From a virus (taxonomy: Duplodnaviria; Caudoviricetes), in the IMG/VR virus record IMGVR_UViG_3300025015_000075, positions 1 to 36,622 of that record: a stretch of DNA of 36,622 bases. One strand, 5' to 3'. Of the stretch, positions 24,684 to 34,086 are shown piece by piece (position 1 is the stretch's first letter; every line of letters starts with the position of its first letter). The notes under the pieces are model-generated. The model was not told the DNA's origin and searched no databases. It was given only the letters and a program-made list of their open reading frames with translations. The position numbers and the translations under genes are program-made.

Positions 24684-24980
24684 TTAGTCAAAGTCTACAC
24701 CTATATCATTGAATCCGCGCTGGTTGTGCCAGTCCTGCAAGTCCTGCAAGTTCTCCCACTCGCGCCCCTGGAAGTCCAGGTCGATCATGGTGCCCATGAT
24801 GCGCCCTTGGTCACCACTGACGAGTGACTCACCGGCTGCGGGCACCCGCTCACGGGTGATCCTGTTGGCGAAGGGCTGAGTAGGCGCACCATTGAGGACG
24901 CGCAATCCTTGTAGAGCCATCTCGCGGTTGGAGGGTAGTCCATTGAGCAGTCGTACAGTGCGCAGACGGACGTGGCTCAT
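24684..24980 (-). CDS. Hypothetical protein
   Basis: ATGA coupling. Confidence 0.65.
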   Translation of the reverse strand: MSHVRLRTVRLLNGLPSNREMALQGLRVLNGAPTQPFANRITRERVPAAGESLVSGDQGRIMGTMIDLDFQGREWENLQDLQDWHNQRGFNDIGVDFD

Positions 24981-25168
24981 GCTATGCGATGAACAGGAAT
25001 GCTGTGAACACGAATAAAGAAAGCGTCAACGACTCCCTTGGAGGTAACATCGCTATAGACGCCAACCATGGTCTTGCCGTGGGCAACGACCATATCGTCC
25101 TTAATCGCAATCCATTGCCCTGCGTATTGTTCGATAAGCTCATCTATGTGCTCCGCGTGCCAATTCAT
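24977..25168 (-). CDS. DUF5678-like small protein
   Basis: W..EH..EL..QYAGQWIAI.D..VVAHG pattern. Confidence 0.75.
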   Translation of the reverse strand: MNWHAEHIDELIEQYAGQWIAIKDDMVVAHGKTMVGVYSDVTSKGVVDAFFIRVHSIPVHRIA

Positions 25169-26472
25169 ATATTCACTCCGCCCATCGCACCCTGCCAGCG
25201 CATCAGCGTAGGTCGCTCGGTACGCCGTGCCAGCCAGCGCTCCTTGTACTCACGCTCACCCAGCGCCTCCAACTTGCTCCACTTGGCCACGTCTGCGCCA
25301 TACCTGCGCCCCAGAAGTATCTTGCTGTAGGCGGTGAGCACATGCGCTGGCACCACGGTCGTATCACTGTCTGCTGTGAAGATGGTGCTAACACCATAGG
25401 GGGCGCTGGCAGGGCACTCTACCGTGAGGAATACAGGCTCACTGATGTAGCACTGGTTAATCATCTCAAGCCAGGTAGGATTGGCATCCTGGTAACGGGC
25501 ACTAAGCCTGTAGTCGGCGCCCTCACGCAAGCTGGTGTAACTCAGCGCTGCTGCAAGATACTGGTCATCACCCCTACCAGCCTGTCGTAGCTGAGCAAAA
25601 CTCACAGCCTTGAGCTTAAAGCGCTCATCCAGCCATGTGGGTAGCTTGAAGTGGTTGCTCCAGGTCTTGATAATCCATCCAGCCTGTACGTCTGCCTGGT
25701 CATTGTTGGTAGTGCCAACGAAGCGAAGGATAACGCCCTCGTCGTCAGTGGCCATGCTAAATACCTTACGCGTGATTATCCAGTCCTCCTCAGTGACACT
25801 GATGTCCTGCGAGAGTGTGTTGCTGGATTGGTCCATGTAGCGCACGGTCCACGTGCCGGTGTCGGCCTTGAGGATGGCGAAGGCTATGACCTGTCCGCCC
25901 TGCTCGATAGGCACAGTCGTGGACGTAGCCGTACCACCGTCTGCTGTAGCAGTGAGACTCATGTTGCGGGCACCGAACATCAATTGTGCGGCTGTGGTCT
26001 GCTTGGCAATCGTGCAGTTAGAGGCTGTCCATGCTGTGGTTGCGCTGTCTTGTGTGTGCCAGTCGTCTGGCCCATGAGCGAGTGGCACCATGCATTCGAT
26101 AGGTATGTACTCCAGCGCGTCGTTGAGGATAGCCTTGATCTTCGCCACAGGGATGCGTAGGAGATAGAACGTGGAGCTGGTATCTGCTGTGTAGTTCGCG
26201 CCCAGGTTGGTGATGGTCGCCGTGCCGGCAGAGACACTCAGTGTGCCTACGGGACGTTCCTCAGTGTTGTCACTCGCGTAGCCGAACCAGCCTTGAAAGC
26301 GGGTAGCCGGGCCGTTCGCACCTAGCTTGACTATCTCCGCGTCAGTGGTAGTAAGTGAAGTCGTGCCTACGTTGGCCGTGAACTTGTAGCCAAGCGCACC
26401 CTCCTCGATGTTGAGGGCGGTCACCTCGTCAAGAAGTTGGTCGAGCGCCACCAGGAACGTAGTCGTTGGCAC
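25165..26472 (-). CDS. Probable head-tail adaptor/tubular protein A-like with inserted carbohydrate-binding-like domain
   Basis: IKAILNDAL helix and C-terminal helical segment around a beta-rich insert; position upstream of nozzle. Confidence 0.55.
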   Translation of the reverse strand: MPTTTFLVALDQLLDEVTALNIEEGALGYKFTANVGTTSLTTTDAEIVKLGANGPATRFQGWFGYASDNTEERPVGTLSVSAGTATITNLGANYTADTSSTFYLLRIPVAKIKAILNDALEYIPIECMVPLAHGPDDWHTQDSATTAWTASNCTIAKQTTAAQLMFGARNMSLTATADGGTATSTTVPIEQGGQVIAFAILKADTGTWTVRYMDQSSNTLSQDISVTEEDWIITRKVFSMATDDEGVILRFVGTTNNDQADVQAGWIIKTWSNHFKLPTWLDERFKLKAVSFAQLRQAGRGDDQYLAAALSYTSLREGADYRLSARYQDANPTWLEMINQCYISEPVFLTVECPASAPYGVSTIFTADSDTTVVPAHVLTAYSKILLGRRYGADVAKWSKLEALGEREYKERWLARRTERPTLMRWQGAMGGVNI

Positions 26473-26476
26473 TTAG

Positions 26477-26626
26477 CTAACCTTTGACCTTCTTCAAGTT
26501 GGGATTCTTGCGCTTGGCAGCAGGACTGGCCTTGCGTGAGGCAGCAGCTACGATGGCCGCGCCTTTCTTGTAGTTGCCCTTGCCAGCGGACATCGCCGCA
26601 GCCTTGAAGCCCATTCCTTTAGGCAT
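26477..26626 (-). CDS. Small basic protein (49 aa)
   Basis: MPKGMGFKAAAMSAGKGNYKKGAAIVAAASRKASPAAKRKNPNLKKVKG. Confidence 0.75.
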   Translation of the reverse strand: MPKGMGFKAAAMSAGKGNYKKGAAIVAAASRKASPAAKRKNPNLKKVKG

Positions 26627-26628
26627 AG

Positions 26629-26766
26629 CTACATGCCCTTCATGGGCATACCCTTGGGCGGCATACCCTTCATGGGCATCTTGCCCTTCTTGGCGAAGGG
26701 GTTACCCTTGGGCGCGCCCTTTTTGCCCTTCTTCACCATCGCAGGTGGCATAGTCTTCTTGGCCAT
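26629..26766 (-). CDS. Small K/M/G/P-rich basic protein (45 aa)
   Basis: MAKKTMPPAMVKKGKKGAPKGNPFAKKGKMPMKGMPPKGMPMKGM. Confidence 0.75.
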   Translation of the reverse strand: MAKKTMPPAMVKKGKKGAPKGNPFAKKGKMPMKGMPPKGMPMKGM

Positions 26767-27099
26767 CTAACACGTCCTTCCATTCTTGCTTGCTACAGCG
26801 CTGATATCGAGAATACTAATTACGCCGTCGTCATCCTGGTCGAACCAGAAGGGCGCGTCATTGCGTCCGAACCAGTCGCTAATAAGCTTGAGGTCAATAG
26901 CGTTGACACCACCGTTGAAGCTGAGGTCGGCTCGTTGACAGGCGCTCACATCCTGGTAGTTGCGAATGACACGTCGCACATCACCATCGTCGGTTCTATG
27001 AGAGGCGTAGATTTCTGACGCTGGCCCAACAAGAACAACGAGGGCGATTGCAGCTATTAACAGAATCCTCTGTGCAGTGGTCATGGAACTCCTGTTCAT
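26767..27099 (-). CDS. Secreted dockerin-like (double EF-hand-type) protein
   Basis: Signal peptide; ADLSFNGGVNAIDL and DQDDDGVISILDI repeats. Confidence 0.8.
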   Translation of the reverse strand: MNRSSMTTAQRILLIAAIALVVLVGPASEIYASHRTDDGDVRRVIRNYQDVSACQRADLSFNGGVNAIDLKLISDWFGRNDAPFWFDQDDDGVISILDISAVASKNGRTC

Positions 27100-27156
27100 C
27101 GTGTGTCCTCATCCGCCTATATATTACATCGTATGGCGGGCGCGAAGGTTACGGGG

Positions 27157-27414
27157 TTAAGACAGCTTCGATACTGTCGCATCGTCCCACTCCTTTTGCG
27201 GTGCTACGGCCCACGAAGCGCCTGCACCCGCTGGCACCTGGATGCTGCAAAGCCCTGGCGGCTCGCAGGCTATAAGCACGTAGCCCGGCGCGAGGTAGAC
27301 CGAGCCCGACTCGATGAAGTACGTGCCAGGCGCGAGTACGAGCCTGCCACCCTTTGCCTTGGCGCGCTCGATAGCGACCTTGTTGCGTACGGAAATCGTG
27401 TCGTTAGTTGCCAT
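27157..27414 (-). pseudogene. Short tailspike/pectate-lyase-like N-terminal fragment
   Basis: AIERAKAKGGRLVLAPGTYFI motif but stops after ~85 aa. Confidence 0.45.
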
Positions 27415-27416
27415 AG

Positions 27417-28622
27417 TTAGCGCCGCCTCGTGAATACGCCGCTTGTCGCGTCCCATAGGGCGGTTGGATGGCCGGGTAGTCCTGTAAGGCGTGGCGGGCC
27501 AGCGTTGCCAAGAGAGTGCAAGTAGGCTGCGTCTGAGTTGGCCAGAAAGCCTTTGCCGCAGACGAACCAGAGTATGTCGCTAGAGATGACTTGTGTGCCG
27601 CTACCATCTGTCCCAAGGTCGCTATTTACTGGAAGCCCAATAGGCACAAATGGGCAGGCTAATGAGGAGAAGGCGCCGCCATTGTAGCTAATGTATAAAG
27701 TATCTTCTGTCCATGTAACAGTTACGGTGAAGACATCACCCAATATAAAGGGTGCTGCGACGGTCACAATTCTGCCGTCAGGACCAGGTAGGCCAACTCG
27801 TGCAAAGGCAAGTAAACTAGTGCTAGCTATAGAGTACAGTTCCATCCGAGAGTTCGTGTCGGTTCTATGCTGAAAATAGTACGAATTTTCAAATGGCGCT
27901 GTCCCAATGGCGTGGCCCGCTCTTATGCGGTAAGTCATCCAGCCTTGCGATGGCGTGAACAACCGCGCAACATCAGGTATCTGTATTCGCGCCGCGCTGC
28001 TCGCCGCCGTAGCACCATCAGTCAGCACGTGCGGCGTTGCAACCGCGCCGGTTTGCGCCATCCAGCGCCCGTGAGTGACCGTAATCGCCTGCTGGCTGTC
28101 GGTCTCCCAACCCACCGTCTGCGTGGTGCTCGCCGCGCCGGTCGTGGCCGTGACGCTGTACTTTGTCGGTGTGGCGGTTAGCGTGATTTGCGCGCCAAGT
28201 TGCTTGCCGCTAACCGAGTCGGAGATATAAAGCTTAACCGTGCCAGTGCCCGCGAGCCACACCGAAAACGTGTACTGCGTGCCAGCCGCGCCACCGCTGA
28301 TGAGCTGCGATGTGCCTTCAGCGGTTGCAGCGTTGGCGGTGACGGTTGAGAAGTGAGTGGTGTCAGCGCCGACGAGTCCGGACGCCACGCGGGAGGTTGT
28401 TGCGCCCACGTCGATGATGTCATCGGTACCGCTGGTCTTGGCGTTACTGTTGATAGCGCGGTTAGTCGCGGCGGGCCAGACTCCGAATGAGCCGTCGTTA
28501 GTTAGCCCGTCGCCCTGGTCAGGCAGCGTACGGATGTAATCGGTGACTTCGTTGCCACTGAGGGTCAGCAGGTCGTACTGCTGGGCCTGGGCCATCATCA
28601 GCTGTTGGGCAGTAGTCAGCAT
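27417..28622 (-). CDS. Virion/tail protein with carbohydrate-binding and LamG-like domains
   Basis: GTQYTFSVWLAGTG (CBM4/9-like) plus beta-sandwich FTVTVTW...LYISYNG. Confidence 0.7.
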   Translation of the reverse strand: MLTTAQQLMMAQAQQYDLLTLSGNEVTDYIRTLPDQGDGLTNDGSFGVWPAATNRAINSNAKTSGTDDIIDVGATTSRVASGLVGADTTHFSTVTANAATAEGTSQLISGGAAGTQYTFSVWLAGTGTVKLYISDSVSGKQLGAQITLTATPTKYSVTATTGAASTTQTVGWETDSQQAITVTHGRWMAQTGAVATPHVLTDGATAASSAARIQIPDVARLFTPSQGWMTYRIRAGHAIGTAPFENSYYFQHRTDTNSRMELYSIASTSLLAFARVGLPGPDGRIVTVAAPFILGDVFTVTVTWTEDTLYISYNGGAFSSLACPFVPIGLPVNSDLGTDGSGTQVISSDILWFVCGKGFLANSDAAYLHSLGNAGPPRLTGLPGHPTALWDATSGVFTRRR

Positions 28623-28625
28623 GGT

Positions 28626-29327
28626 TTAGTAGACGTAGAAGTCGAGGTCGATGGTCATGCCTGCCGACTCGTTTGTCTCGGCGGTCTCAGTAACAAGCAC
28701 AAGCCAAAGCCCAGTTTCGCCAGGTGCGCAATGAACTGGCTCTACCAGTCCAACTGTATCAGAGGTTGAACCCAGCGTGCCTCGGTCTACGAAGGAACTA
28801 CCAAGGAAGGTGCCAACATGCAAGCCACGACCAGTCGCTGTAACGAGGTCGAAGGGCGCGTTGTCATCCATCTCTACATCAGCAGCGGCAGGGGCAGCAC
28901 TGAACCAGTGAAAGCGCGGTGCGAGCAATACGGCATCTTCGGAGCAGCGCGCACGAATCGCAGCGAAGTTGGCAATCCCGCCCGGCGTTCGTGCCAGGTT
29001 GGGGACGTAAGTTGCCCGTCCTGCGGTATCCGTGGCGCTGGCACTCAGGACATCGCCAGCGAGGTAGTTGCCAGCCGCCGCGCAAGTGATTTTGGCTGTT
29101 CCTGCATAGTGGACGGGCTCTTGAATTGCCGCTATCAGCCCTGCCATGCTCACTGGCATGGGGTTGCCCTCATCTACACCTACAGCCTCAGTCGTGCCAT
29201 CAGGGGTGAAGTAAAGGCCAACAGGTAGCGCGTGCTGCTCGTCTACAGGACGGGCAGGTTCGTGCTTGTGAAGCTCGCGCTCCTCAAGGTCGGCAGGCTC
29301 GCGGGTTTTCCAGTAAACAGTGCTCAA
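28626..29327 (-). CDS. Virion-associated hypothetical protein
   Basis: AAGGAG RBS; structural operon. Confidence 0.7.
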   Translation of the reverse strand: MSTVYWKTREPADLEERELHKHEPARPVDEQHALPVGLYFTPDGTTEAVGVDEGNPMPVSMAGLIAAIQEPVHYAGTAKITCAAAGNYLAGDVLSASATDTAGRATYVPNLARTPGGIANFAAIRARCSEDAVLLAPRFHWFSAAPAAADVEMDDNAPFDLVTATGRGLHVGTFLGSSFVDRGTLGSTSDTVGLVEPVHCAPGETGLWLVLVTETAETNESAGMTIDLDFYVY

Positions 29328-29370
29328 CGGATTACTCCTTCTTCTGCGCAGTGTCCGCTTGCGCTATGTG

Positions 29371-30045
29371 TTAGGTCAACTCAGGGAACACCATTGCGAT
29401 AATGACGAAGCCCGTGGTGGCCTGGCAGGACATAAACACGTTTAGTCGGGTAAAGGTGCTCGTGTTGTACATGATTGGCCAGATGCCGGTTTGAGTTGCA
29501 GACCAGTTGTACTGCGACGGTCCGATAGAGCTGTCATCGTCAGCGGTGCCGATAGTCACCATCTTGTTGTGTTGGTGACGCATGAACTCGACCGCGTCAT
29601 CCATGTAGACAGCGCCCGTGCCCGTACCGCCAGCAGTGATGCCAAAGGTCTGGTCGGCAATGTCCGTGCGTGCGTTCTGAGCGGTGAAGGTGTCGAGTGA
29701 GGTTGGCGTGTACGTGCCACCGGAGCCAATGGCCGCGACTGATTCAAACAGCGCCGTGGTACCGTAAGCTTCGATACCGATCTGAATATTGAACGGGATG
29801 GCCAGCACGCCAGCTGGCACCCTGATGTCCACGTCAGGCGTAGTGTTCACGTATGCGCCAGCCGAGGTGATGGGCGCGGTGCCTGTGCCAGCGTTGATGA
29901 TGACCACACGGCCCTCAAGTGCCTGCCGTGCCAGCCAGTCAGCAGTGAACAGCGTACCATCCTTGAGCCCTTTGACAGGCACAGGAGAGGTCGCTGAGCC
30001 AGCGCCAAGTACACGCGTGCTAGGAGTAAGTCTCAAATCAGCCAT
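29371..30045 (-). CDS. Virion structural protein (unknown)
   Basis: T/G/A-rich beta protein; AAAGGGA RBS. Confidence 0.7.
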   Translation of the reverse strand: MADLRLTPSTRVLGAGSATSPVPVKGLKDGTLFTADWLARQALEGRVVIINAGTGTAPITSAGAYVNTTPDVDIRVPAGVLAIPFNIQIGIEAYGTTALFESVAAIGSGGTYTPTSLDTFTAQNARTDIADQTFGITAGGTGTGAVYMDDAVEFMRHQHNKMVTIGTADDDSSIGPSQYNWSATQTGIWPIMYNTSTFTRLNVFMSCQATTGFVIIAMVFPELT

Positions 30046-30089
30046 TGGTTCAGTCCCTTTCTATCTTGTGGAACTCTGCTAAGTGCGCG

Positions 30090-30731
30090 CTATTCGAGGC
30101 TAGCGGGCTCTGCCGTGATGTGTGAGCGCTTGTGGGCAGCGAGCCCTGCCGCGCTCTTGGAAGTGATGCCACAGACATCACAGGTGAAGTCTTCAACGGG
30201 GGCAACGCTATGGCTGGCGAGCTGCATCATGGCGCTAGTCATTTGTTCTTGACGCGCATCAGTCTCAGCCTGCGTCTTCTCAGCGAGGTACTCCTGGAGC
30301 ATGGCCCAGGACTGCCCATGACGGTTCTGTGCGTGCTGGCGCTTGCTGTACATCGAGCCCAGTTTTTGCGCAGGACAGGGTGCAAGATGGCCAATACCCG
30401 CTTCGTCCAGCAACCCACTCTTGCGCTCAGGACTGTCTACTGCGAGGAAACAACGAGTGGAGCCGTGGTGCTCAGGCGGGGCCTTGGCTGCATCCGTGGT
30501 GAACATGAACTCGCCACTGGGTAGGCGCTTGCGCATGGCCGACTCAGCCTGGTAGCGCGGGAGTTGAATCTTCTCGCCCGTCTCCATGGAGTAGAGCGTG
30601 ACGACTACACGGCCAGGGCTCCACTCGCGGAATACCCAGGGCGCGTTCTCCTGTGACATCTCACCAATCTGGGTGCGCAGGTCGCGCTCCAACTCCATGC
30701 GCTGAGCAATGGCCGTAGTCTCGTTGGTCAT
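30090..30731 (-). CDS. Hypothetical protein with C-terminal C2H2 zinc finger
   Basis: FTCDVCGITSKSAAGLAAHKRSH. Confidence 0.75.
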   Translation of the reverse strand: MTNETTAIAQRMELERDLRTQIGEMSQENAPWVFREWSPGRVVVTLYSMETGEKIQLPRYQAESAMRKRLPSGEFMFTTDAAKAPPEHHGSTRCFLAVDSPERKSGLLDEAGIGHLAPCPAQKLGSMYSKRQHAQNRHGQSWAMLQEYLAEKTQAETDARQEQMTSAMMQLASHSVAPVEDFTCDVCGITSKSAAGLAAHKRSHITAEPASLE

Positions 30732-31186
30732 AGTTGAATCTTTCCTGTTCTGCGGTGGCGCTCATCGTTCCAGTTGCGCCAGGTTGTGATATGTGAGTAG
30801 CCGTTGCGCTGTGTAGACTGCGCAGGCCCAAAGTTGGACCTGTTGCGAATTACCGCATCCATCTGTTCGCGCTGGCGGATGGCATCTTCAATAATCGTGG
30901 AAGCCTCAAGATGCTCTACACGTCGGCGCAGCCAGTGGTAGTCGTGAATGTGCTTCTCGCCAAACTCGCGCATCAGGCCCACCTTATTCTCACCGAAGCT
31001 GGGCATCAGCAGTGGAGGTACGTGCTCGTAGTCCTCGATGGGGCCGAAGACGTGCTCGTACTTGGCGATGGCATCACCACGAATGACGAATATCCACTCC
31101 ACGAGGTTCCCGTTGTACTCGCGCACACAGTAGCCGTGGCAGGGCTCGTCGTCGCTGACTTCTTGGGTGATGATGCTAAGAGGCAA
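30728..31186 (-). CDS. Hypothetical protein
   Basis: Coupled ORF. Confidence 0.7.
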   Translation of the reverse strand: MPLSIITQEVSDDEPCHGYCVREYNGNLVEWIFVIRGDAIAKYEHVFGPIEDYEHVPPLLMPSFGENKVGLMREFGEKHIHDYHWLRRRVEHLEASTIIEDAIRQREQMDAVIRNRSNFGPAQSTQRNGYSHITTWRNWNDERHRRTGKIQL

Positions 31187-31712
31187 AGCAGGCCAGTCCT
31201 TCTTCGTCTACGTGCGCTACACCATCTACGAAGATGTGAGAACCACGGTCGAAGTAGTTAACGTTGACTGGCCCACGGTAGCCATTGACGAACCAGAGCT
31301 CGCCAGTGCGCTCATCACGTAATCGCCAGTAGTCATCCTGCCCTGTCTCTGCGCGTTCACGGGCGTAGCAGAGTCGCCAGTGGGATTCGCGCCCATTAGG
31401 GAAGGGGTAGCCGGTGCCAACCATGCAGGTTGAATGGTCATGCGCCGGCGTGATGTCGCAAGCGCCGCCTTCAACATGCGATGGCGATACCCCAGGGAGG
31501 TATACATAGGCAGTCTCCCCCTTCACTTGGAGCAGGCAGCGCACCTGGCAACGTCCGCTACGCTCTTGAGACTCGAAGTCCCATTGACCCACGAGACGGT
31601 CAGCCAGCCACTCCTGCCCGTTGAGGCGAAAGCGCATCTTGCCCGTGCTGCGGCTGTAGTCGAAGGAATAAGTCTCGATGCTCTTAGGAGGCGCGCTTGC
31701 CATTGTGACCAC
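31176..31712 (-). CDS. Hypothetical protein
   Basis: GAGGAGG RBS; coupled ORF. Confidence 0.7.
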   Translation of the reverse strand: MVTMASAPPKSIETYSFDYSRSTGKMRFRLNGQEWLADRLVGQWDFESQERSGRCQVRCLLQVKGETAYVYLPGVSPSHVEGGACDITPAHDHSTCMVGTGYPFPNGRESHWRLCYARERAETGQDDYWRLRDERTGELWFVNGYRGPVNVNYFDRGSHIFVDGVAHVDEEGLACFAS

Positions 31713-31911
31713 TGACTACCTCCTCTGCTACGGGTAGCGCAGGCACGAATTCCCAGCCATTATCGGTGACGACAAGTTGGTCGATAGTGACTTCGCCTGC
31801 CTTGAGAGCCTTGAAGTCCTCGATGGCCTTCTTCTGCCCTGTTTCCAGCGTATCGATGGTGTTAAGAGCAGTGGCGTAATTCTGCAAGAGCATCTGATTG
31901 ACGATAGCCAT
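31684..31911 (-). CDS. Small coiled-coil protein, possible tail-fibre chaperone
   Basis: Directly after the fibre gene (TAATG coupling). Confidence 0.6.
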   Translation of the reverse strand: MAIVNQMLLQNYATALNTIDTLETGQKKAIEDFKALKAGEVTIDQLVVTDNGWEFVPALPVAEEVVSGHNGKRAS

Positions 31912-33059
31912 TAGTTGCGAGCCTCCAAAGCTTCAAGTCGCTTGTTCAGAGCCTGGATTGAGGCGGTCAGCGCGCCAACTGAATTGATCGTGGAGATCGC
32001 TTGCTTGCGTGCGCCCTGCATTGCCCACGGAGCCTCTTCACCGAAAATACCGACAAACTCGCACTCACCAGCCCACTGACCAGTCGGGAGCTTGTCGCGG
32101 TTGTAAGTGAAGCGGTGTACCGGTGCATTGACTACGGCCTGGAGCATCTCGTTTGTGCAGACCACTCCAAGATCATTCTTGTAAGCACCAACAGAGGCAG
32201 CAGCCCAGGACAGCGCACCTGAAGTATTGCAGGTAAGCTGCATCCCGCTACAGGCGGCATAGGCAGCGGGGAAAACATAGTTCAGGCACGCACCAGCGGC
32301 AGAAGCAGCCGAGAGTTTAATCGTGCCTGAAGTTACGCCCGCAAGAACCAGCGACCCAGTGCTTGTGCCTGCTGTCCCGAGTTGCACCTGCGCCACAGTC
32401 GTAGCACCAGCTAGGACAGTCATGCGTGTGGCAGGAGTCTGTGTGGCGTCAGGCGAAGTCTGGAAGAGAATGCGCCCTGGCATATCACAACTCGCGCCGG
32501 GAGTTCCAGCTACCTCAGCGATAATCGCAGCAGCAGGGTCGAAGCCGGTTGAGCCGTCTGCACCTAGCCACTGGATGCCGCCCAGTGAGTCACCGGAAGC
32601 AACGATGGTGTTGGTGCCTAGCGTGGCACTCTTGCTGCGGAAGAAGTTAAGCAGCGGTCCATTGCCTGCCGTCGAGCTGTAGAGGCCAACAGCTGCTGCA
32701 CCGTCCACTCCAACCGTGCTGCCCACCACCTGAAATTCAGGGACGAGAGCGTTCATGGTGATCTGTGCGGAATGGCCGATGACCTGCCCAAAGCCATTGG
32801 CAGTAAGCACGTCACTGTTAAAGGTTGTTGCCGTGGCGCTGTTGAACACAGGCGTTGCCGTGAAGGTTGCAACACCAGTGACAAGGAGCGTGGTATCCAT
32901 TGTGACGCCGGCTGAGAAGGTAGTCGCGGGGGTCACTACCATGTCATTGGCATCGAAGTCGAAGACCTCGGTGCCGTTGTACACGGCAGCAAGGCGGTTG
33001 TTCACCTGGTCAAAGAACCAGCCACGATGCCGGTGTCGAGCAGTGGCTACGTTAGGCAT
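31911..33059 (-). CDS. Tail fibre with C-terminal intramolecular chaperone (Peptidase_S74-like)
   Basis: GRILFQT...RMT fibre motifs; S..YKNDL...VHRFTY...GIFGEE...LTASIQALNKRLEALE. Confidence 0.8.
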   Translation of the reverse strand: MPNVATARHRHRGWFFDQVNNRLAAVYNGTEVFDFDANDMVVTPATTFSAGVTMDTTLLVTGVATFTATPVFNSATATTFNSDVLTANGFGQVIGHSAQITMNALVPEFQVVGSTVGVDGAAAVGLYSSTAGNGPLLNFFRSKSATLGTNTIVASGDSLGGIQWLGADGSTGFDPAAAIIAEVAGTPGASCDMPGRILFQTSPDATQTPATRMTVLAGATTVAQVQLGTAGTSTGSLVLAGVTSGTIKLSAASAAGACLNYVFPAAYAACSGMQLTCNTSGALSWAAASVGAYKNDLGVVCTNEMLQAVVNAPVHRFTYNRDKLPTGQWAGECEFVGIFGEEAPWAMQGARKQAISTINSVGALTASIQALNKRLEALEARN

Positions 33060-33104
33060 TTGTTAGCTCCTTCCTGGTTCGCCAGGACGTGAAAGGGGGA
33101 CTCC

Positions 33105-33224
33105 TTAGACTTCTCTGCCACATATCCCGCAGTTAGGGTTTATGCGTGTGCCATCTGTCCAGCCGGGGGAGTGACCGTTGCGACGGCAGACGAACAGGTA
33201 GCGGATTAGTCCAAGGAGTCCCAT
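33105..33224 (-). CDS. 39-aa Zn-binding peptide enclosed in a 15-bp inverted repeat
   Basis: MGLLGLIRYLFVCRRNGHSPGWTDGTRINPNCGICGREV; arms at 33097-33111 and 33208-33222. Confidence 0.55.
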   Translation of the reverse strand: MGLLGLIRYLFVCRRNGHSPGWTDGTRINPNCGICGREV

Positions 33225-33226
33225 GA

Positions 33227-34048
33227 TTACGCCGCCCAGTCGCGGTTGTAGGTGTAACCGAGGTAGTCGATTTCCAGCAATGGGTCGCCCGTGGAGCTAG
33301 CCGCCAGAATCACTATCGGGTAGTAGAGAGCAGTCGTGCTGAGTGTGCCGGGCTGAAGCTCAGCTACCAGCGTGAGGCCGTTGCGGTTGCCCATTGTGGT
33401 GTGGCCGAAGTAGCCGCGAGCGCGACCGTCAGGGCCGACCTCGACACGGGCGATGTACCACGAGTCGGCAGTTATGGTGCAGCCAGCACGAATGCCAAGT
33501 GAGCCGAGAGTCGTGGCGTTGGAGTTGAGTCCAGCGACTAGTGGGCCACAACGAACAGCAGCGCCCGTATCAGCTGTACCTGCCGCTGATGCCATGAAGC
33601 GGAAGTCGTCCGTAGTGGCAGCCGTGTCAGTGTAGAAGCCAACTACTTCGCCACCGTTGTTCGCGGTAAGGGTCGTGCCTGAGAGTGTGAACGGGTTCAC
33701 CGTCTCAGCAAGGTCAACTGTCTCCTGCCAGCCCACGAAGGCACGCAGGTCAGTAGCAGATGCGCCCTTGAAGCGGGCCTCGATGACCATTGTGCCGTTA
33801 CTCGTAGGCACAGCAGGCGCGCCAAAGATGGACACGCCATCAGCAGCACCACCAGCGCCACTGAAGGATGCAACACCACCGGACTCATCCACGGTGTTGA
33901 TGAAGTCAACCGCGCCACTGAGGGCGACGATGCAGAGTTCGTTGTAGCGAGTACCCCCGGTGGCGTCGGCAATTGAGGCTGTGGCCCCGTAACCCTGGAA
34001 GTCCTCGAAGACCGAGACTTTGCCGAAGGTGCTTTGAATGTTGGGCAT
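33227..34048 (-). CDS. Probable capsid decoration/minor virion protein
   Basis: Immediately after MCP; FEDF...IDY lectin-like beta-sandwich pattern. Confidence 0.6.
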   Translation of the reverse strand: MPNIQSTFGKVSVFEDFQGYGATASIADATGGTRYNELCIVALSGAVDFINTVDESGGVASFSGAGGAADGVSIFGAPAVPTSNGTMVIEARFKGASATDLRAFVGWQETVDLAETVNPFTLSGTTLTANNGGEVVGFYTDTAATTDDFRFMASAAGTADTGAAVRCGPLVAGLNSNATTLGSLGIRAGCTITADSWYIARVEVGPDGRARGYFGHTTMGNRNGLTLVAELQPGTLSTTALYYPIVILAASSTGDPLLEIDYLGYTYNRDWAA

Positions 34049-34086
34049 TAGTTTACTCCTGCGCTTTCTTCGCTAGGGTTGGTGCC

